Shown: positions 10,331-21,883, counted from the first letter of the stretch. The stretch is DNA of 64,000 nucleotides from Nitrososphaerales archaeon (GCA_965197925.1 CBDAOC010000020.1:416001-480000), one strand, 5' to 3'. Program-made: numbers and translations. The notes: generated from the sequence alone by a model not told the origin.

Positions 10331-11569
10331 TTAGAAATATAAAGATAGTTCCTCGAACAGTTTTTTTGCTATGTTTGTCTTATTCTGTAAAGGAATGTGA
10401 ATCACCCTTTTGTCTTTTGAGATCAGGAATACTTCACTGGTATCTGAACCCATTTCTGATCCTTTTCTCCCAACATCATTGGCAGCTATCATGTCAGCAT
10501 CACATTCTTTCATTCGTGAATAGGCTTTATGTACAAGCTGGTCGTTATCAATATTTGAATCAGCCTTGAATGCGATCAAGAAAGTTTTGGGACTAACTTT
10601 CTTGATCTGATCTATAATCTTATTTGAGGTTTTCAAACTAATAGCGATTTGTTGGTTGCTCTTAGATTCCATTTTTTCTATTGAAGGATTTTCAGGTTTG
10701 TAGTCCGAAACTGAAGCAGTCATGACAGTGATGTCATAATTATTGTTTTGCAACTCATTGACTACACTATCCATCATTTCGTCACCTGTCTTAACTTTAA
10801 GCAGTCTCACATTACTTGGCATAACAACAGACCCTTGACCGTAAATCATCGTAACATTAGCACCAAGTCTAATCGCTTCATCAGCAATTGCAGCACCAAA
10901 CTTACCAGAGGCGGGGCTTGTTATCACTCGCACAGGATCTATGTATTCTATCGTAGCACCAGCAGTGATAAGGACGTTTTTGCCCTTAAGTTTCAAATTA
11001 GTGTGGAACTTCTCAAGGACGGCATTCAGAACTACTTCAGGTTCAGCAACCTTAGCCTTACCATTGATAATATTAGGGTCTATGAATTCAACAAAGGCCA
11101 TCAACTTCTCGATATTATCCTTCAGGATTGGATTTTCATACATAGCCTCATGCATGGCAGGCGCTATCATTATGGGAATTCTTGCGCCTAACCCAATACT
11201 TGCCATTGAAGTAATCGGTGTATCGTCAATACCATTAGCTATCTTACTCAAAGTATTACCTGTACACGGATAATATAGAATCAGATCGGACATGTCAAAA
11301 TTTGCGAGTTGTACATGTTCCAATTTCCATGTTAATTCATCGACAATATCATTACCGGTGGCCCACTTCATCAAATCTGGAGTAAGAATCATCTTCGATG
11401 ACTTGCTCATAACGACATGAACTTCAGCTCCATGGCGCATGAGCAATCTTGCCAGATCAACTGCTTTATAAGCAGCCACACTTCCGCTAATACACAGAAC
11501 AATCTTTTTGGTTTTTAGTTCTGTACCATCAGAAGCAATAATGTCTTTTGAAGGATGTTTATGACTCAT
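10331..11569 (-). CDS. coaBC: Phosphopantothenoylcysteine decarboxylase/ligase
   Basis: SGSVAAYK, APAMHEAMY, TAGATIEYIDPVR, ASVSDY. Confidence 0.95.
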   Translation of the reverse strand: MSHKHPSKDIIASDGTELKTKKIVLCISGSVAAYKAVDLARLLMRHGAEVHVVMSKSSKMILTPDLMKWATGNDIVDELTWKLEHVQLANFDMSDLILYYPCTGNTLSKIANGIDDTPITSMASIGLGARIPIMIAPAMHEAMYENPILKDNIEKLMAFVEFIDPNIINGKAKVAEPEVVLNAVLEKFHTNLKLKGKNVLITAGATIEYIDPVRVITSPASGKFGAAIADEAIRLGANVTMIYGQGSVVMPSNVRLLKVKTGDEMMDSVVNELQNNNYDITVMTASVSDYKPENPSIEKMESKSNQQIAISLKTSNKIIDQIKKVSPKTFLIAFKADSNIDNDQLVHKAYSRMKECDADMIAANDVGRKGSEMGSDTSEVFLISKDKRVIHIPLQNKTNIAKKLFEELSLYF

Positions 11570-12425
11570 TTCTTATAGTACCTAACCGTTTCATTAATTT
11601 ATCAAATTCATTACTATCCATATGGAAGGCATTTTCATCTGAAGGAAACCTTTCACTCATCACATCATTTTTGAATGTAGTTAACGCTTGCATAATTTCC
11701 TCTGATAATTCCGCATACCTTTTAACAAATTTTATTTTCTTCTTGTATAGACCTAACAAATCATGAATCACTAGAACCTGTCCATCACAAACGCTGCCTG
11801 AACCAATACCTATTGTTGGTATCTTCAGAGCATCTGTAATTAATTGTGCAACTTCAGTTACAACCTTTTCTAGGACAATGCAGTAGACACCAGCCTTCTC
11901 AAGCGATTTGGCATCTCTAATAAGTTGCAGTGCAGATTCCTTGTCGTTCCCTTGTACCTTATAACCATCCCAAAGCATGGAAGTTTGTGGCTTCAATCCT
12001 ATATGTCCTACAACAGGCACACCTGCCTTTACAATTGCTTTTATTGTGTCGAACACTTCCTCCCCTCCCTCTATCTTGACTGCATCAACGCCTCCTTCTT
12101 TTACAAATATACATGCGTTTCTGACGGCCTCAATAACATCAATTTGATATGACATAAAAGGCATATCGGCTATCACCATTGCCCGTCTGGTTCCTTTTGT
12201 AACCCCCTTGCAAAACAACATCATTTCTTCCATGGTAACAGGTGTTGTTGTATTGTAACCAAGCATTACCATACCTGCACTATCCCCTACCAATAAAATA
12301 TCAATTCCGACATTATCACAGATTTTTGCAGTGGTAAAGTCATATGCAGTCAGCATAATTATCTTCCTCTTTTTCTTCATAGATATGATCTCAGATACAG
12401 TGACTTTCCCTTTTCCGTTTTCCAT
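11559..12425 (-). CDS. panB: 3-methyl-2-oxobutanoate hydroxymethyltransferase
   Basis: LTAYD, LVGDS, ADMPFMSY, AVKIEGG, DGQVLV. Confidence 0.96.
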   Translation of the reverse strand: MENGKGKVTVSEIISMKKKRKIIMLTAYDFTTAKICDNVGIDILLVGDSAGMVMLGYNTTTPVTMEEMMLFCKGVTKGTRRAMVIADMPFMSYQIDVIEAVRNACIFVKEGGVDAVKIEGGEEVFDTIKAIVKAGVPVVGHIGLKPQTSMLWDGYKVQGNDKESALQLIRDAKSLEKAGVYCIVLEKVVTEVAQLITDALKIPTIGIGSGSVCDGQVLVIHDLLGLYKKKIKFVKRYAELSEEIMQALTTFKNDVMSERFPSDENAFHMDSNEFDKLMKRLGTIRNES

Positions 12426-13181
12426 TTAATTCATCTTTAATCCCTTAAGAATAAACTGTAAGCTGGTATTACGGTTTTTCTCATTATCAAAAGTATGAAT
12501 AATTCTTTTCAATTTAGTTCTGTTCATTTTTCTTATTCTTTTAGCAAGTTCTACCATCTGGGGAATTGCTCTTACCACATTATCAACTATGGTAACATCT
12601 GCTTCCAGGGCTGTCCTAGACAGGGGATTCAGATCTATCGCAATAACATTCTTGCCCATCTTTATCAGCGCTTCAGTTCTATCTCCATCTTCTAGTGGAA
12701 CAAGGACAACATCAGCTAGGTATATACCTCCAAGGTCCCCTTTTCTCCTGTTGCTCATCAGCTCAGGTATACTTGAAGATTCCTTATTGCTAACACCGAG
12801 AACGTGTTTTGCACCATTTACAATCAATAATTTTTTTAAAGCTTTTTCTCTTTTCAAAGTTCTGTAAAACAGGTTGACCTCTATACTGGCACCTGTCTCT
12901 TCAGCAAGTTCCACAATATCCTTAGAGCATAAACATGCTGTGTTTCCATTTACAGAGACCACTGGTCTTTCTGCCAAAAGCATAAGGGCAACAGCTGATT
13001 TCATAGCTTTGATGGCTTCCTTCGTAGTTCTCTCACCAATTAGATAGTCGAATGCTTCTCCTCTTCCATGTGCGATCAATCCTTCCTCAACGACAATACC
13101 ATTCCTAAAGCCACTTACCAATAGCTCCCGTATCTGCAGAGATCCGGCTCTGGGATGATTACAAGGAATATTTCTCAACAT
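12426..13181 (-). CDS. pps: Archaeal phosphopantothenate synthetase
   Basis: HGRGEAFDYLIGE, SVNGN, VPLEDGDR, IDLNPLSRT. Confidence 0.93.
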   Translation of the reverse strand: MLRNIPCNHPRAGSLQIRELLVSGFRNGIVVEEGLIAHGRGEAFDYLIGERTTKEAIKAMKSAVALMLLAERPVVSVNGNTACLCSKDIVELAEETGASIEVNLFYRTLKREKALKKLLIVNGAKHVLGVSNKESSSIPELMSNRRKGDLGGIYLADVVLVPLEDGDRTEALIKMGKNVIAIDLNPLSRTALEADVTIVDNVVRAIPQMVELAKRIRKMNRTKLKRIIHTFDNEKNRNTSLQFILKGLKMN

Positions 13182-14056
13182 AGCCTCGCTCCATCATTAT
13201 CAATATCACAAATCCAAACTCTACCCTCATACTTATCAAGAATTTTCTGAATATTACCAATATCATCATTGTTTATTAGAGAAAATACTGTTTCACCAAA
13301 CATTGCTACAGAACACATGTAACCATTTGCAAAAAGGTCGTCAACAACATCCTTGCATCTGCTACTCATGAAACCAACAGTTCTTGCAAACTGTAAGGAT
13401 AAATGCATAAAGTTACTAACAGTTCTTGTCTTACTTAATGTTGTAAGCATCTTTCCCCCAATTCCGTTTATGGTATGTATTTTATTGGTTAGAAAATCTT
13501 TTGTTGATACTGGACCTATGCAAAATAGAATTACCTTTTTGTTATTTGATGGAATTTTTTCTACTACACCAATTCCCGGTGCTCCCGCAACCGATCGCAT
13601 TTCAAAACCACCGTGAAATTCCGCAAGGACTGTACCGACACCGCATCTGCATGCAATATCAGCCTTATGTGCAATTTTTGCAGCCTCAATACGACTTAAC
13701 GGTGTGTCAAGGGCTTGATTAAGTGCAAGCGATAAACTTAATCCAGCTGCTCCACTGGATCCTAGACCATACCCTATTGGTATTTCCGAAAGATGTTCAA
13801 CAATTATTTTATAATTTTTGTTTAGAATTGCAAGATATTCATCAATTACATAAATTGATACTTCTGCATCAAATACCAATTTTCCATTGATAAGTATAGT
13901 ATGACTATTCTTAGCTGCAGTTTCAAGCTTTACTGTTGTTGTTATTCCTTTGTTTATACAGAAACCCGCGCCTAATGAACCAGTAAGCTGAGAATCTAGT
14001 GTACTAAACTGAACAAATCCTGTTACATGACCTGGAGAAAATGCTTGAGCCTGCAT
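13175..14056 (-). CDS. pok: Pantoate kinase (GHMP family)
   Basis: FSPGHVTGF, GSLGAG, PIGYGLGSSGA; first gene of the CoA operon. Confidence 0.9.
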   Translation of the reverse strand: MQAQAFSPGHVTGFVQFSTLDSQLTGSLGAGFCINKGITTTVKLETAAKNSHTILINGKLVFDAEVSIYVIDEYLAILNKNYKIIVEHLSEIPIGYGLGSSGAAGLSLSLALNQALDTPLSRIEAAKIAHKADIACRCGVGTVLAEFHGGFEMRSVAGAPGIGVVEKIPSNNKKVILFCIGPVSTKDFLTNKIHTINGIGGKMLTTLSKTRTVSNFMHLSLQFARTVGFMSSRCKDVVDDLFANGYMCSVAMFGETVFSLINNDDIGNIQKILDKYEGRVWICDIDNDGARLC

Positions 14057-14121
14057 TCATATAAAAGATTACTACGCAAATATATATAAATATTGTATAA
14101 AATATATAAATTACTTTAAAC
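14057..14121. promoter_or_regulatory. Divergent promoter region with back-to-back TATA-like boxes
   Basis: 65-bp spacer between divergent genes containing ATATATATAAA and TATATAAA. Confidence 0.5.
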
Positions 14122-15090
14122 ATGGGAAAGTATTCTAGAAGATTGCAGAAAATAGGCGGGAGTGTTCTCATATCATTACCAAAGGAATGGGTCAAGTACA
14201 ACAGGTTAGATAGAGGGAATACAATTGTCATAGAAGTCAGAAAGGATAATTCAATTATATTATATCCGGCGGGAAGGGAATTGGAAGAAGTAAAAGAATT
14301 TTCAATTCAATATCCATCAAAATACACTGAATCTTTGATAAATGAAATCACAGGTGCATACCTATTGGGTTATGATATCATCAAATTGAAAGGTAATTCG
14401 CAAATTTCGTATGAAGATAGGGAGATGATCAAAGAAATGATAGGAAAGATGGTCGGTATGGAGATAGTTGATGAAGATGGGTATAAAATCACCGCGCAAT
14501 TTTTACTGGACTCTACAACACTTGATCCAGCGAAGATTCTTTTTAGAATGAATTCCATAGTATCCGGAATGTATAAAGATACTTTGGCATCTTTGCTAGA
14601 AAGAGATCCCAATTTTCTGAAGATAATCACTAGAAGGGATGATGAGGTAGACAGACAATACTTCTTGTTGGTGCGATTGATTAGGAGTGCAATTATAGAC
14701 CCCACACTCGCAAGCAAGCATGATCTCACCAACATAGACATACTTGATTATAGAATTGTCGCGAACCTTTTCGAAAGTGCAGGCGATGCTATAGTAGAGC
14801 TCGCAAAGGCCATTTCTAATATTGACCGCTTGCAGAAATCTGAAGATCTCATAAAGGCCGGAGAGCTCATAGAAACAATAAGGGATACTGCGGTGAATGC
14901 ATTCTCAAGGAAAAATAGAGCAGATTCAATTAAAGCGATAAAACAATACTCAAAATGTAATGAACTTCTTGAATTGAAGAAGCGGAATGCCCCAGTGAAT
15001 ACTTTAAATGTTATATATCAAATGGACAGGATCGCAAGATGCTGGATTGATGTTGTAGATTTAGTGAGGCCAGTATCTTCTGCATTATAG
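14122..15090 (+). CDS. AbrB-PhoU family regulator
   Basis: RRLQKIGGSVLISLPKEW AbrB domain; GAYLLGYD and DDEVDRQYFL PhoU repeats. Confidence 0.9.
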   Translation: MGKYSRRLQKIGGSVLISLPKEWVKYNRLDRGNTIVIEVRKDNSIILYPAGRELEEVKEFSIQYPSKYTESLINEITGAYLLGYDIIKLKGNSQISYEDREMIKEMIGKMVGMEIVDEDGYKITAQFLLDSTTLDPAKILFRMNSIVSGMYKDTLASLLERDPNFLKIITRRDDEVDRQYFLLVRLIRSAIIDPTLASKHDLTNIDILDYRIVANLFESAGDAIVELAKAISNIDRLQKSEDLIKAGELIETIRDTAVNAFSRKNRADSIKAIKQYSKCNELLELKKRNAPVNTLNVIYQMDRIARCWIDVVDLVRPVSSAL

Positions 15091-15092
15091 GT

Positions 15093-17582
15093 CTACCCTC
15101 TCAAATCTCTTTCGAGTTTTTCTATCCGCTGCACCAATTCTAAATTCCGTGACCTTACTTTATCAACTTCTTCTCGCATCTGTGTAATTTCATTTGGCTT
15201 CTGCAAGGACTCTCTTATTGCTAATACACTTTCTTCTGCCACTCTCTGCACTCTTGTATCAATATCGTTCGTAGCTACCCATTCTATGTCAGGAATTGCT
15301 CTCGAATCTTGTGCTTCAACTAATGCCTTTAATGTATTTATCCTTACCTTAAACCAAGGATCTTTCAAAAGATGTTTCAGAGTGTCAATAACTTTATCGT
15401 TATTCGTAACAAATTTTCCAAGTGCGAGTGCAGCTGCTTCCCTCATTTTATGATGTTTTCCAAGCCTTGTATTTTCAATCAATAAGTGTGATGCAATGTC
15501 ATCTTTCAGTTCGCCAAAGCCTGTGAGAGCAGCCGATGCTATGACTTCATTGAAAGAGCTTATTCGTAAAGCCTTCAATAAAGTTGAAAAAACTTCCCTA
15601 GAAGTTGATTTACCCAAAGATATGGCGCTTTCTGCCTGAACAAAATAACTTTCATCATTTTCTAGGATACGCTGTAGTAAGGAAATGTTTTCTTGTTTCT
15701 TGAATTCTCCAATCGCTTTAACAATGGCTCGTCTTACTTTTGGATTTTCAATTCCAACAGAATGAATTAATGCACTGTAAGCAGCGTCAGTCTTGATGTA
15801 TGAAAGTGTTTTTGCACATTGTGCAGATACTCCCCAAAAAGAATCGGTTAGTAAAACTACTTTCAACGCATCTATGACATCTTCCGAGCTGAAATCAGAT
15901 AATGCTTTTATAGCGTAAATCCTCTCTACCATATTTCCTTCCTTCAACTGTTCTATAAGCATATTCTTTGATGCTTTTATTTCCATCTTCTTAAGCAATT
16001 TGTTCTCTGGATCTACGCTAAACCATACAGGTGTGGAATCAAGTGGGATGTGAAATATTGGTTCTTTAGAATCAATTACAAACTTGTACTGTTTCTTGCT
16101 GTTTTCAGTTGTAATATGAATATCGACTGGGAACTTATAGATCGGCGTACCATCATCTGTATTCTGGACTTGGTTTAGCTTAACTGTAGCAATTTTGGAC
16201 TGATGATCAAATTGGAATTCAACCCTCAATTCTAGATGTCCCGGCTTGAAAATGTATTGCTCGAAAAATTGCTGCAAACTCAAGCCAGATACTTCCTCTA
16301 CACATTTCCGAAAATCATCAGTTTCGGCATTCTTATAACTAAACCTCTCGACGTATAACTTGACAGCTTTCCTGAACATACTATCATTAATAATACTCCT
16401 TAACATGTGCAATGTGCATGCACCTTTTTCATAGGTATGACGATCAAATAGATCATCGGGGTGTCGGTATACATTAGTAACTATAGCTCTCTTGTACCTT
16501 TTAGAAGATTCATCGAAGTATTCTTCAGCGAACTGCATTATGTAATAATCGAATTCATTTTCGCCCTTGAGGTGTAACCATGAAAGTGCCTCAAAATAAG
16601 TAGCAAATGACTCATTTAGCCAAATGTGCTGCCAGTCCCTGCATGTGACCAGATCACCAAACCATTGATGAACAAGTTCATGTGAGACCAAATGATCACT
16701 GGTAAAATCCAAATTTGCCTTGTTATCATGTAACGTATCCATCGTCAAAGTTGTTGCACTTACATTTTCCATTCCACCATAGATAAAATCATCCACTGTG
16801 GTTTGTGCATATTTATCATAAGGATACCTTACTCCAATATAGTCTTCAAAAAATTTCATCATGTTTCTAGTATTTGCGAAGGAGAGTGGTGCCTCATCAA
16901 CTTTATCTTTAGGTACATAATACAATAAGTCAATATCATTGTAATTTTCCCTTATTTCTTCATAGTTTCCTATGACTACTGATATAAGATATGCTGATAC
17001 TGGATGTTCCTCCATCCAGTGATACTTTGCATTGTCAGTTTTAGTTAAATTGATTAACTTTCCATTTGATATTGCAACAAATTCATTTGGAACTTCAACA
17101 ATCATTTCAACTGTAAATTTCATATCCGGATGGTCGAAGCATGGAAACCAATGTTTTGATTGCGTCGTTTCCCCCTGCGTCCACGCCTGAATGTGTTTGT
17201 TTGGATAATTGTTATCAGGATTTACGAAATAGAAACCTCTTCTGGGTTTCGCATCATAATTAATTGAAAGTGTGATTGTTTCATTTTCAGATGCAGGTTC
17301 TAGAAGGTCTATCCTTAGTTTATCGTCAAGTGTTTTATATCCCAAGGCCTGTTCGTTTGCGTAGATAGATATAATATTCAGTTCTGCTGCGTCAAGTGTT
17401 ATATGAGCTAATCTATCTTGAATAACGTTTATTGTGAGTTTTTGCTTACATGTGATCCTCTTTCCATCAAAATCAGGCTTTAGTTCAAGTCTAATATGCT
17501 TAATTGTATACTGTTTTTCTGGAATGTAATGGCACTTACTTCCAGCCAGTTCAAATTTCTTAACCATATGCTCAGCCATCAA
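15093..17582 (-). CDS. M1 family aminopeptidase with C-terminal HEAT repeats and coiled coil
   Basis: GGMEN, HELVHQWFG(x)E, YEKG; HEAT/PBS-lyase repeats. Confidence 0.94.
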   Translation of the reverse strand: MMAEHMVKKFELAGSKCHYIPEKQYTIKHIRLELKPDFDGKRITCKQKLTINVIQDRLAHITLDAAELNIISIYANEQALGYKTLDDKLRIDLLEPASENETITLSINYDAKPRRGFYFVNPDNNYPNKHIQAWTQGETTQSKHWFPCFDHPDMKFTVEMIVEVPNEFVAISNGKLINLTKTDNAKYHWMEEHPVSAYLISVVIGNYEEIRENYNDIDLLYYVPKDKVDEAPLSFANTRNMMKFFEDYIGVRYPYDKYAQTTVDDFIYGGMENVSATTLTMDTLHDNKANLDFTSDHLVSHELVHQWFGDLVTCRDWQHIWLNESFATYFEALSWLHLKGENEFDYYIMQFAEEYFDESSKRYKRAIVTNVYRHPDDLFDRHTYEKGACTLHMLRSIINDSMFRKAVKLYVERFSYKNAETDDFRKCVEEVSGLSLQQFFEQYIFKPGHLELRVEFQFDHQSKIATVKLNQVQNTDDGTPIYKFPVDIHITTENSKKQYKFVIDSKEPIFHIPLDSTPVWFSVDPENKLLKKMEIKASKNMLIEQLKEGNMVERIYAIKALSDFSSEDVIDALKVVLLTDSFWGVSAQCAKTLSYIKTDAAYSALIHSVGIENPKVRRAIVKAIGEFKKQENISLLQRILENDESYFVQAESAISLGKSTSREVFSTLLKALRISSFNEVIASAALTGFGELKDDIASHLLIENTRLGKHHKMREAAALALGKFVTNNDKVIDTLKHLLKDPWFKVRINTLKALVEAQDSRAIPDIEWVATNDIDTRVQRVAEESVLAIRESLQKPNEITQMREEVDKVRSRNLELVQRIEKLERDLRG

Positions 17583-17624
17583 CTAGCATTCCCAGTTAAT
17601 ATATAATAAATATTTGGAAAAGAA

Positions 17625-18587
17625 GGCTCTGTAGAAACCATACCATAAATACAGTCAATCTATGCATGTTGTAGGCTATCACTCTGAACATCAGTTCCCT
17701 ATTCTGCATCTTCACCAGTCTTGATGTTATATACTCACCAAACATTCTCTTTACCACAGACAGTATTGTCTCATTCTTATTCCTCTGATAGTAAAGTTGT
17801 TTGTAGAATCTCCTCTTCATTTGCTTTCTGTATCTTCCATGTGTTCTCCATACTGGAACATCTTCATATCTAGCTGGTATGATACTAACAGCATCAAGTT
17901 CTTCTCTTACAAATTCATGATTTGCTTCGCTATCATAGCCCTTGTCTGCTACAACGATAGATAATGGCATTATGTTTGATGCTCTTTCCATAATGGGTTT
18001 GAAATCTACAGTATCATGCTTAGGAGCACGCCTGATCTTCAATGAACATGCTATTTGCTCTCTTAATTCAGCACCCATCGATAGCTTGATGTACTTCTTC
18101 CTTATTCCTGTTCTATCCGTATAGTATGACGATGCGTTGCTCGACCTGAATCCAGAAGCATCTATTCCTACCAACAATTTTCTAATCTTGGTAAGGAGTA
18201 TGAATGAAGATACTATTCTGTACATCAAGGTACTATTGATTCTTGAAGCAAACTTCTGAAGCGTTGTATAATGTGGCACCTTGTCTAACTGCATAAACAT
18301 TCTGAGATAGTATGCTTCATGCAACCATTCCACAAACCTTCTATAGCTCTCTTCCCTTCATACTGCCTAAATGCTAGCAGGATGATATGGTGCCATACCG
18401 TATAGATATGGTTGCTCTTCCTGTGCATGTAGAGCGGTACTCTAGCCTATATCAAGACATCAAGTATTACTTTTGCAAGTTTGGCGTATCGCGATTCTTT
18501 CATGCATAAGCATGCATGGCACGTAACACTTGATCTAATGGTGCAATTCGATATACAACGGGCTAAAATCTATGGTTTCTACGAGCC
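17625..18587 (-). mobile_element. IS5-family (ISH1-like) element, transposase pseudogene; family B
   Basis: TIRs GGCTCTGTAGAAACCA / GGCTC-GTAGAAACCA; 8-bp target duplication GAAAAGAA; DDE motifs IDASG, ADKGYD, YYQRNKNE; N-terminus from 18503 has an in-frame TAG and a frameshift near 18350. Confidence 0.92.
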
Positions 18588-18820
18588 GAAAAGAAGTTTT
18601 TAGGAAAGACATATCTTTTCAGTGCATAATCCTATCTTAGTATTGTGTTTAGAAATCTTGTCTATCCAAAAACAGGAATCATTTGGTATTTTACTGCATA
18701 AAATGCAAAAAAGAAAATTGATGAGACGTCAGTCGAGATGCATTTCTTCATATCCTGGGTGTCCATAGGATCAGTGCAGGTTAGTCTCATCAAACAATGT
18801 ATCTTACTCAAATGTCAAAT

Positions 18821-19365
18821 TTAACCTTTCGACTTGTATGCCAATATTGCATAAGCTGTTTTCGCATCCTGAATCTCGCCATTTAATATCATCTTAATAG
18901 CATCACTAATTTTTATCTTTATGATGGTAATTTGCTCATCTAAATCCATCTTATCACTCCCCGGTCCATTCAATTCGGTTGCGATGAAAAAATGTATCAT
19001 TTCAGTACAATAACCAGGAGTCATGTAACATTTCCCTAGGGGTTCAATCTTTCCAGCTTTGTATCCAGTCTCTTCAAAAAGCTCTCTCTTGTGGCACACT
19101 CTTTGGAACTTTCATCCTTTTCTAACATTCCAGCAGGGATTTCGTATAATTCTCTTCCAATTGCATGTCTGTACTGTTTTTCCATAATTATCATGCTACC
19201 AATTAATGGAAGAACGGCGGCAGATCCACCATGTTCAATAACTTCCCGTGTTGTTTCCCTTCCATTGATCTGCACCTAATCAACTCTAACACTAATTACC
19301 TGGCCATCGTATACGCGCTTGCTTTTAATCAGGTCTTTCCTTCTATCACCACTATGCTTAAACAT
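18821..19365 (-). pseudogene. Nudix hydrolase (ADP-ribose pyrophosphatase-like), disrupted
   Basis: REVIEHGGSAAVLP, EIPAG, RELFEETG; in-frame TAG at 19276-19278 and a frameshift near 19090 within the Nudix box. Confidence 0.85.
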
Positions 19366-19386
19366 ATCTGTCAACTCTTCAGAGGT

Positions 19387-19806
19387 ATGACGGTAACAAG
19401 CAAAACTATCAAAGTAGAAACCAAGGGAGAGTTAGAGATGATAAATATTACTAATTGTATTGAAACAGTTGTGAAGGAAAGCAAGATTAATGATGGGATT
19501 GCAACTATTTTCATTCCAGGATCAACTGCCTCTCTAACAACCATAGAATATGAGCCGGGACTACAGAGAGACTTTCCTAATATGCTGGAGAGGATAGCGC
19601 CAACGGATATAACTTATGAACACGAGCAAATATGGCATGATGGTAATGGACATTCTCATGTAAGAGCTTCACTTGTAGGGCCGTCATTAATAGTACCTTT
19701 CAAAGATAAGAAATTAACATTAGGTACATGGCAACAGGTTGTTGTGATTGAACTTGATACTAGAGACAGACATAGAAGTATCGTTGTAACACTTATTGGT
19801 GATTGA
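19387..19806 (+). CDS. yjbQ: YjbQ/UPF0047 family protein
   Basis: NGHSHVRASL, LGTWQQV; ATG 19387 with GAGGT upstream. Confidence 0.9.
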   Translation: MTVTSKTIKVETKGELEMINITNCIETVVKESKINDGIATIFIPGSTASLTTIEYEPGLQRDFPNMLERIAPTDITYEHEQIWHDGNGHSHVRASLVGPSLIVPFKDKKLTLGTWQQVVVIELDTRDRHRSIVVTLIGD

Positions 19807-19927
19807 TATCGACGAAATGAAACCAACTGCGTTAATTTTATGATATCATGGGGCTCAATCCTAATACTAATTGAATCTCATAGGTCGTAGCACCAAAGTT
19901 ATATTACTTCTATAGATACTGAACAAC

Positions 19928-20326
19928 ATGGAAGAAGAGATAGAAGTTCCCAAGTATGTTCGGCCAATAATGATGGAAGACGCTAAAGAAACAATTTTGG
20001 GGGATAGAAGGGGTGCGAGGAAGCAGTATCGTTATGGCAATTTACATATTAGAGAGTACAATGACAAGTATATTGTCCACTTGGATAAGATAGATCCTAG
20101 GAAAGATCCCTTGGGTCACTTGATAATAGATTCTCCAGATAAATTGATTGGAATTGTTTCATGTATTTGGATAGGTAAGAAGGTTGGTAGTGGTGTTTTC
20201 AATAAGAGTAAAGGAAGAAAAAAAAACGTATTGCTGGCAAGTCTACTAATGGGATCTCTGACATCTATAATTTTGGGATCTCTAGGTTACAATATTGGTC
20301 AAAAAATAAAGAAACAAGTGATCTAA
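19928..20326 (+). CDS. Hypothetical membrane-associated protein
   Basis: KQYRYGNLHIREY..H.D..DP pattern plus C-terminal hydrophobic helices; abuts the ABC1 kinase gene. Confidence 0.75.
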   Translation: MEEEIEVPKYVRPIMMEDAKETILGDRRGARKQYRYGNLHIREYNDKYIVHLDKIDPRKDPLGHLIIDSPDKLIGIVSCIWIGKKVGSGVFNKSKGRKKNVLLASLLMGSLTSIILGSLGYNIGQKIKKQVI

Positions 20327-21883
20327 ATGCCAAAGGCAGCAAGGAGAAGAGCCGTCAAAGTTGCATTAACTTTACTTCCTATTGCGTTCAATTTCAAACG
20401 AGACAGGAAGGAATGGGTGATAAAGAAAGGGAAGAATATCAACGAAGAAAAGTTTAGGAAGCATGCTAGAAAGGCTGTAAACTCTTTCATTAAACTTGGA
20501 CCATCTTTTGTAAAATTAGGACAGTGGCTTTCAACTAGGTCTGATCTTTTGCCAGAACCATACTTGGATGAGTTTGGGAAATTGCAGGATGACGTTACGC
20601 CAGCCCCCTTCGAGCAGGTAAAAGGAATTATTGAACAGGAAATTGGATCTATAGAAGAAACATTTGATTCGTTCGACACAACTTGTGTTTCTGGTGCAAG
20701 TCTTGGACAGGTATATAGAGCGAGTTACAGGAACAGCGAAATCATTGTAAAGGTGACTAGGCCTAATATTAGAGAAATTGTTGAGAGAGATATAGATGTT
20801 TTAAAGAAATTATTGCCATTGGCAATACGTTTTGTTGATAAAAATATAGCATTTTCTGCAGAATCAATGCTTGCCCAATTCATAGAGACGGTTAATGAGG
20901 AGATGGACTATAAGGTGGAAGCAGAGAACCTTATGAACATAAAGAAAAATCTATCGGATGAGGTGAAGGTAATAATCCCCAATGTATATTCTGATAAAAG
21001 TACCAGCAAGGTTCTGATTTTACAATATATTCCAGGAGTAAAGGTTACAGACACAAAAAAATTGGATCAAATGGGAATAGATAAGTCTAAACTTGTGATC
21101 AGGGTTCATAAACTATTCTTCAAGATGCTTCTTAGACATGATTTATTTCATGCAGACCCTCATCCTGGAAACATTGCTGTTACGGATAATGGTTCGATCG
21201 TACTATATGACTTTGGAATGGTGGGAAAGCTTGACAACGAGACAAGACTGAAACTCGTTCGATTATACCTTTCACTTGTAGAGAAGGAGCCTTCAAGGAC
21301 AGTAAATGTTTTGCTTGACCTTGGTGCACTGTCGCCAGAAGCCAATAGGTATGTTGTTGAAAAAGGAATAAGTTTTGCTATACGAGAGATTCATGGGAAA
21401 AAGATAGATAATATGGAAGTTAAAGCATTAATGGAGCTTGCCAATAAGACACTGACGAGGTTCCCATTTAGGCTACCAAAGCAGCTTGCACTTTATATGA
21501 GGATGGCGTCTATGCTTGAAGGAATTTATGTCACTCTAAAAGTAGAGTTTCAATTTGTTAAGGTATTGAAGTTACTACTTGAGGAAGAGGGTCTTATGAG
21601 GGAAGCTTATATTGAGGAAGTAAAGGATACCTTTACAAGATTTGCAAGAGCGTTTAATGATTCAATGATAGTTGCTCCATTACTAAAATCATACTTAGAG
21701 AATCCTAATATTATGAATGGTAGACATAATAAAAATACATTATTCGCTGGCAGTGTTCTAACATCTTCTGTGATAATAGGTTCATCTATCATAATGCAAA
21801 CAAATCCGATATTGGGCAAGATCGGATTAGTGACGTCAATTGCGATTATTGGAATCTCTATAATATTTAACAGAAGAGGATGA
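20327..21883 (+). CDS. AarF/ABC1/UbiB atypical kinase
   Basis: LGPSFVKLGQ, ASLGQVYRA, HADPHPGN, DFGMVG, two C-terminal TM helices. Confidence 0.93.
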   Translation: MPKAARRRAVKVALTLLPIAFNFKRDRKEWVIKKGKNINEEKFRKHARKAVNSFIKLGPSFVKLGQWLSTRSDLLPEPYLDEFGKLQDDVTPAPFEQVKGIIEQEIGSIEETFDSFDTTCVSGASLGQVYRASYRNSEIIVKVTRPNIREIVERDIDVLKKLLPLAIRFVDKNIAFSAESMLAQFIETVNEEMDYKVEAENLMNIKKNLSDEVKVIIPNVYSDKSTSKVLILQYIPGVKVTDTKKLDQMGIDKSKLVIRVHKLFFKMLLRHDLFHADPHPGNIAVTDNGSIVLYDFGMVGKLDNETRLKLVRLYLSLVEKEPSRTVNVLLDLGALSPEANRYVVEKGISFAIREIHGKKIDNMEVKALMELANKTLTRFPFRLPKQLALYMRMASMLEGIYVTLKVEFQFVKVLKLLLEEEGLMREAYIEEVKDTFTRFARAFNDSMIVAPLLKSYLENPNIMNGRHNKNTLFAGSVLTSSVIIGSSIIMQTNPILGKIGLVTSIAIIGISIIFNRRG

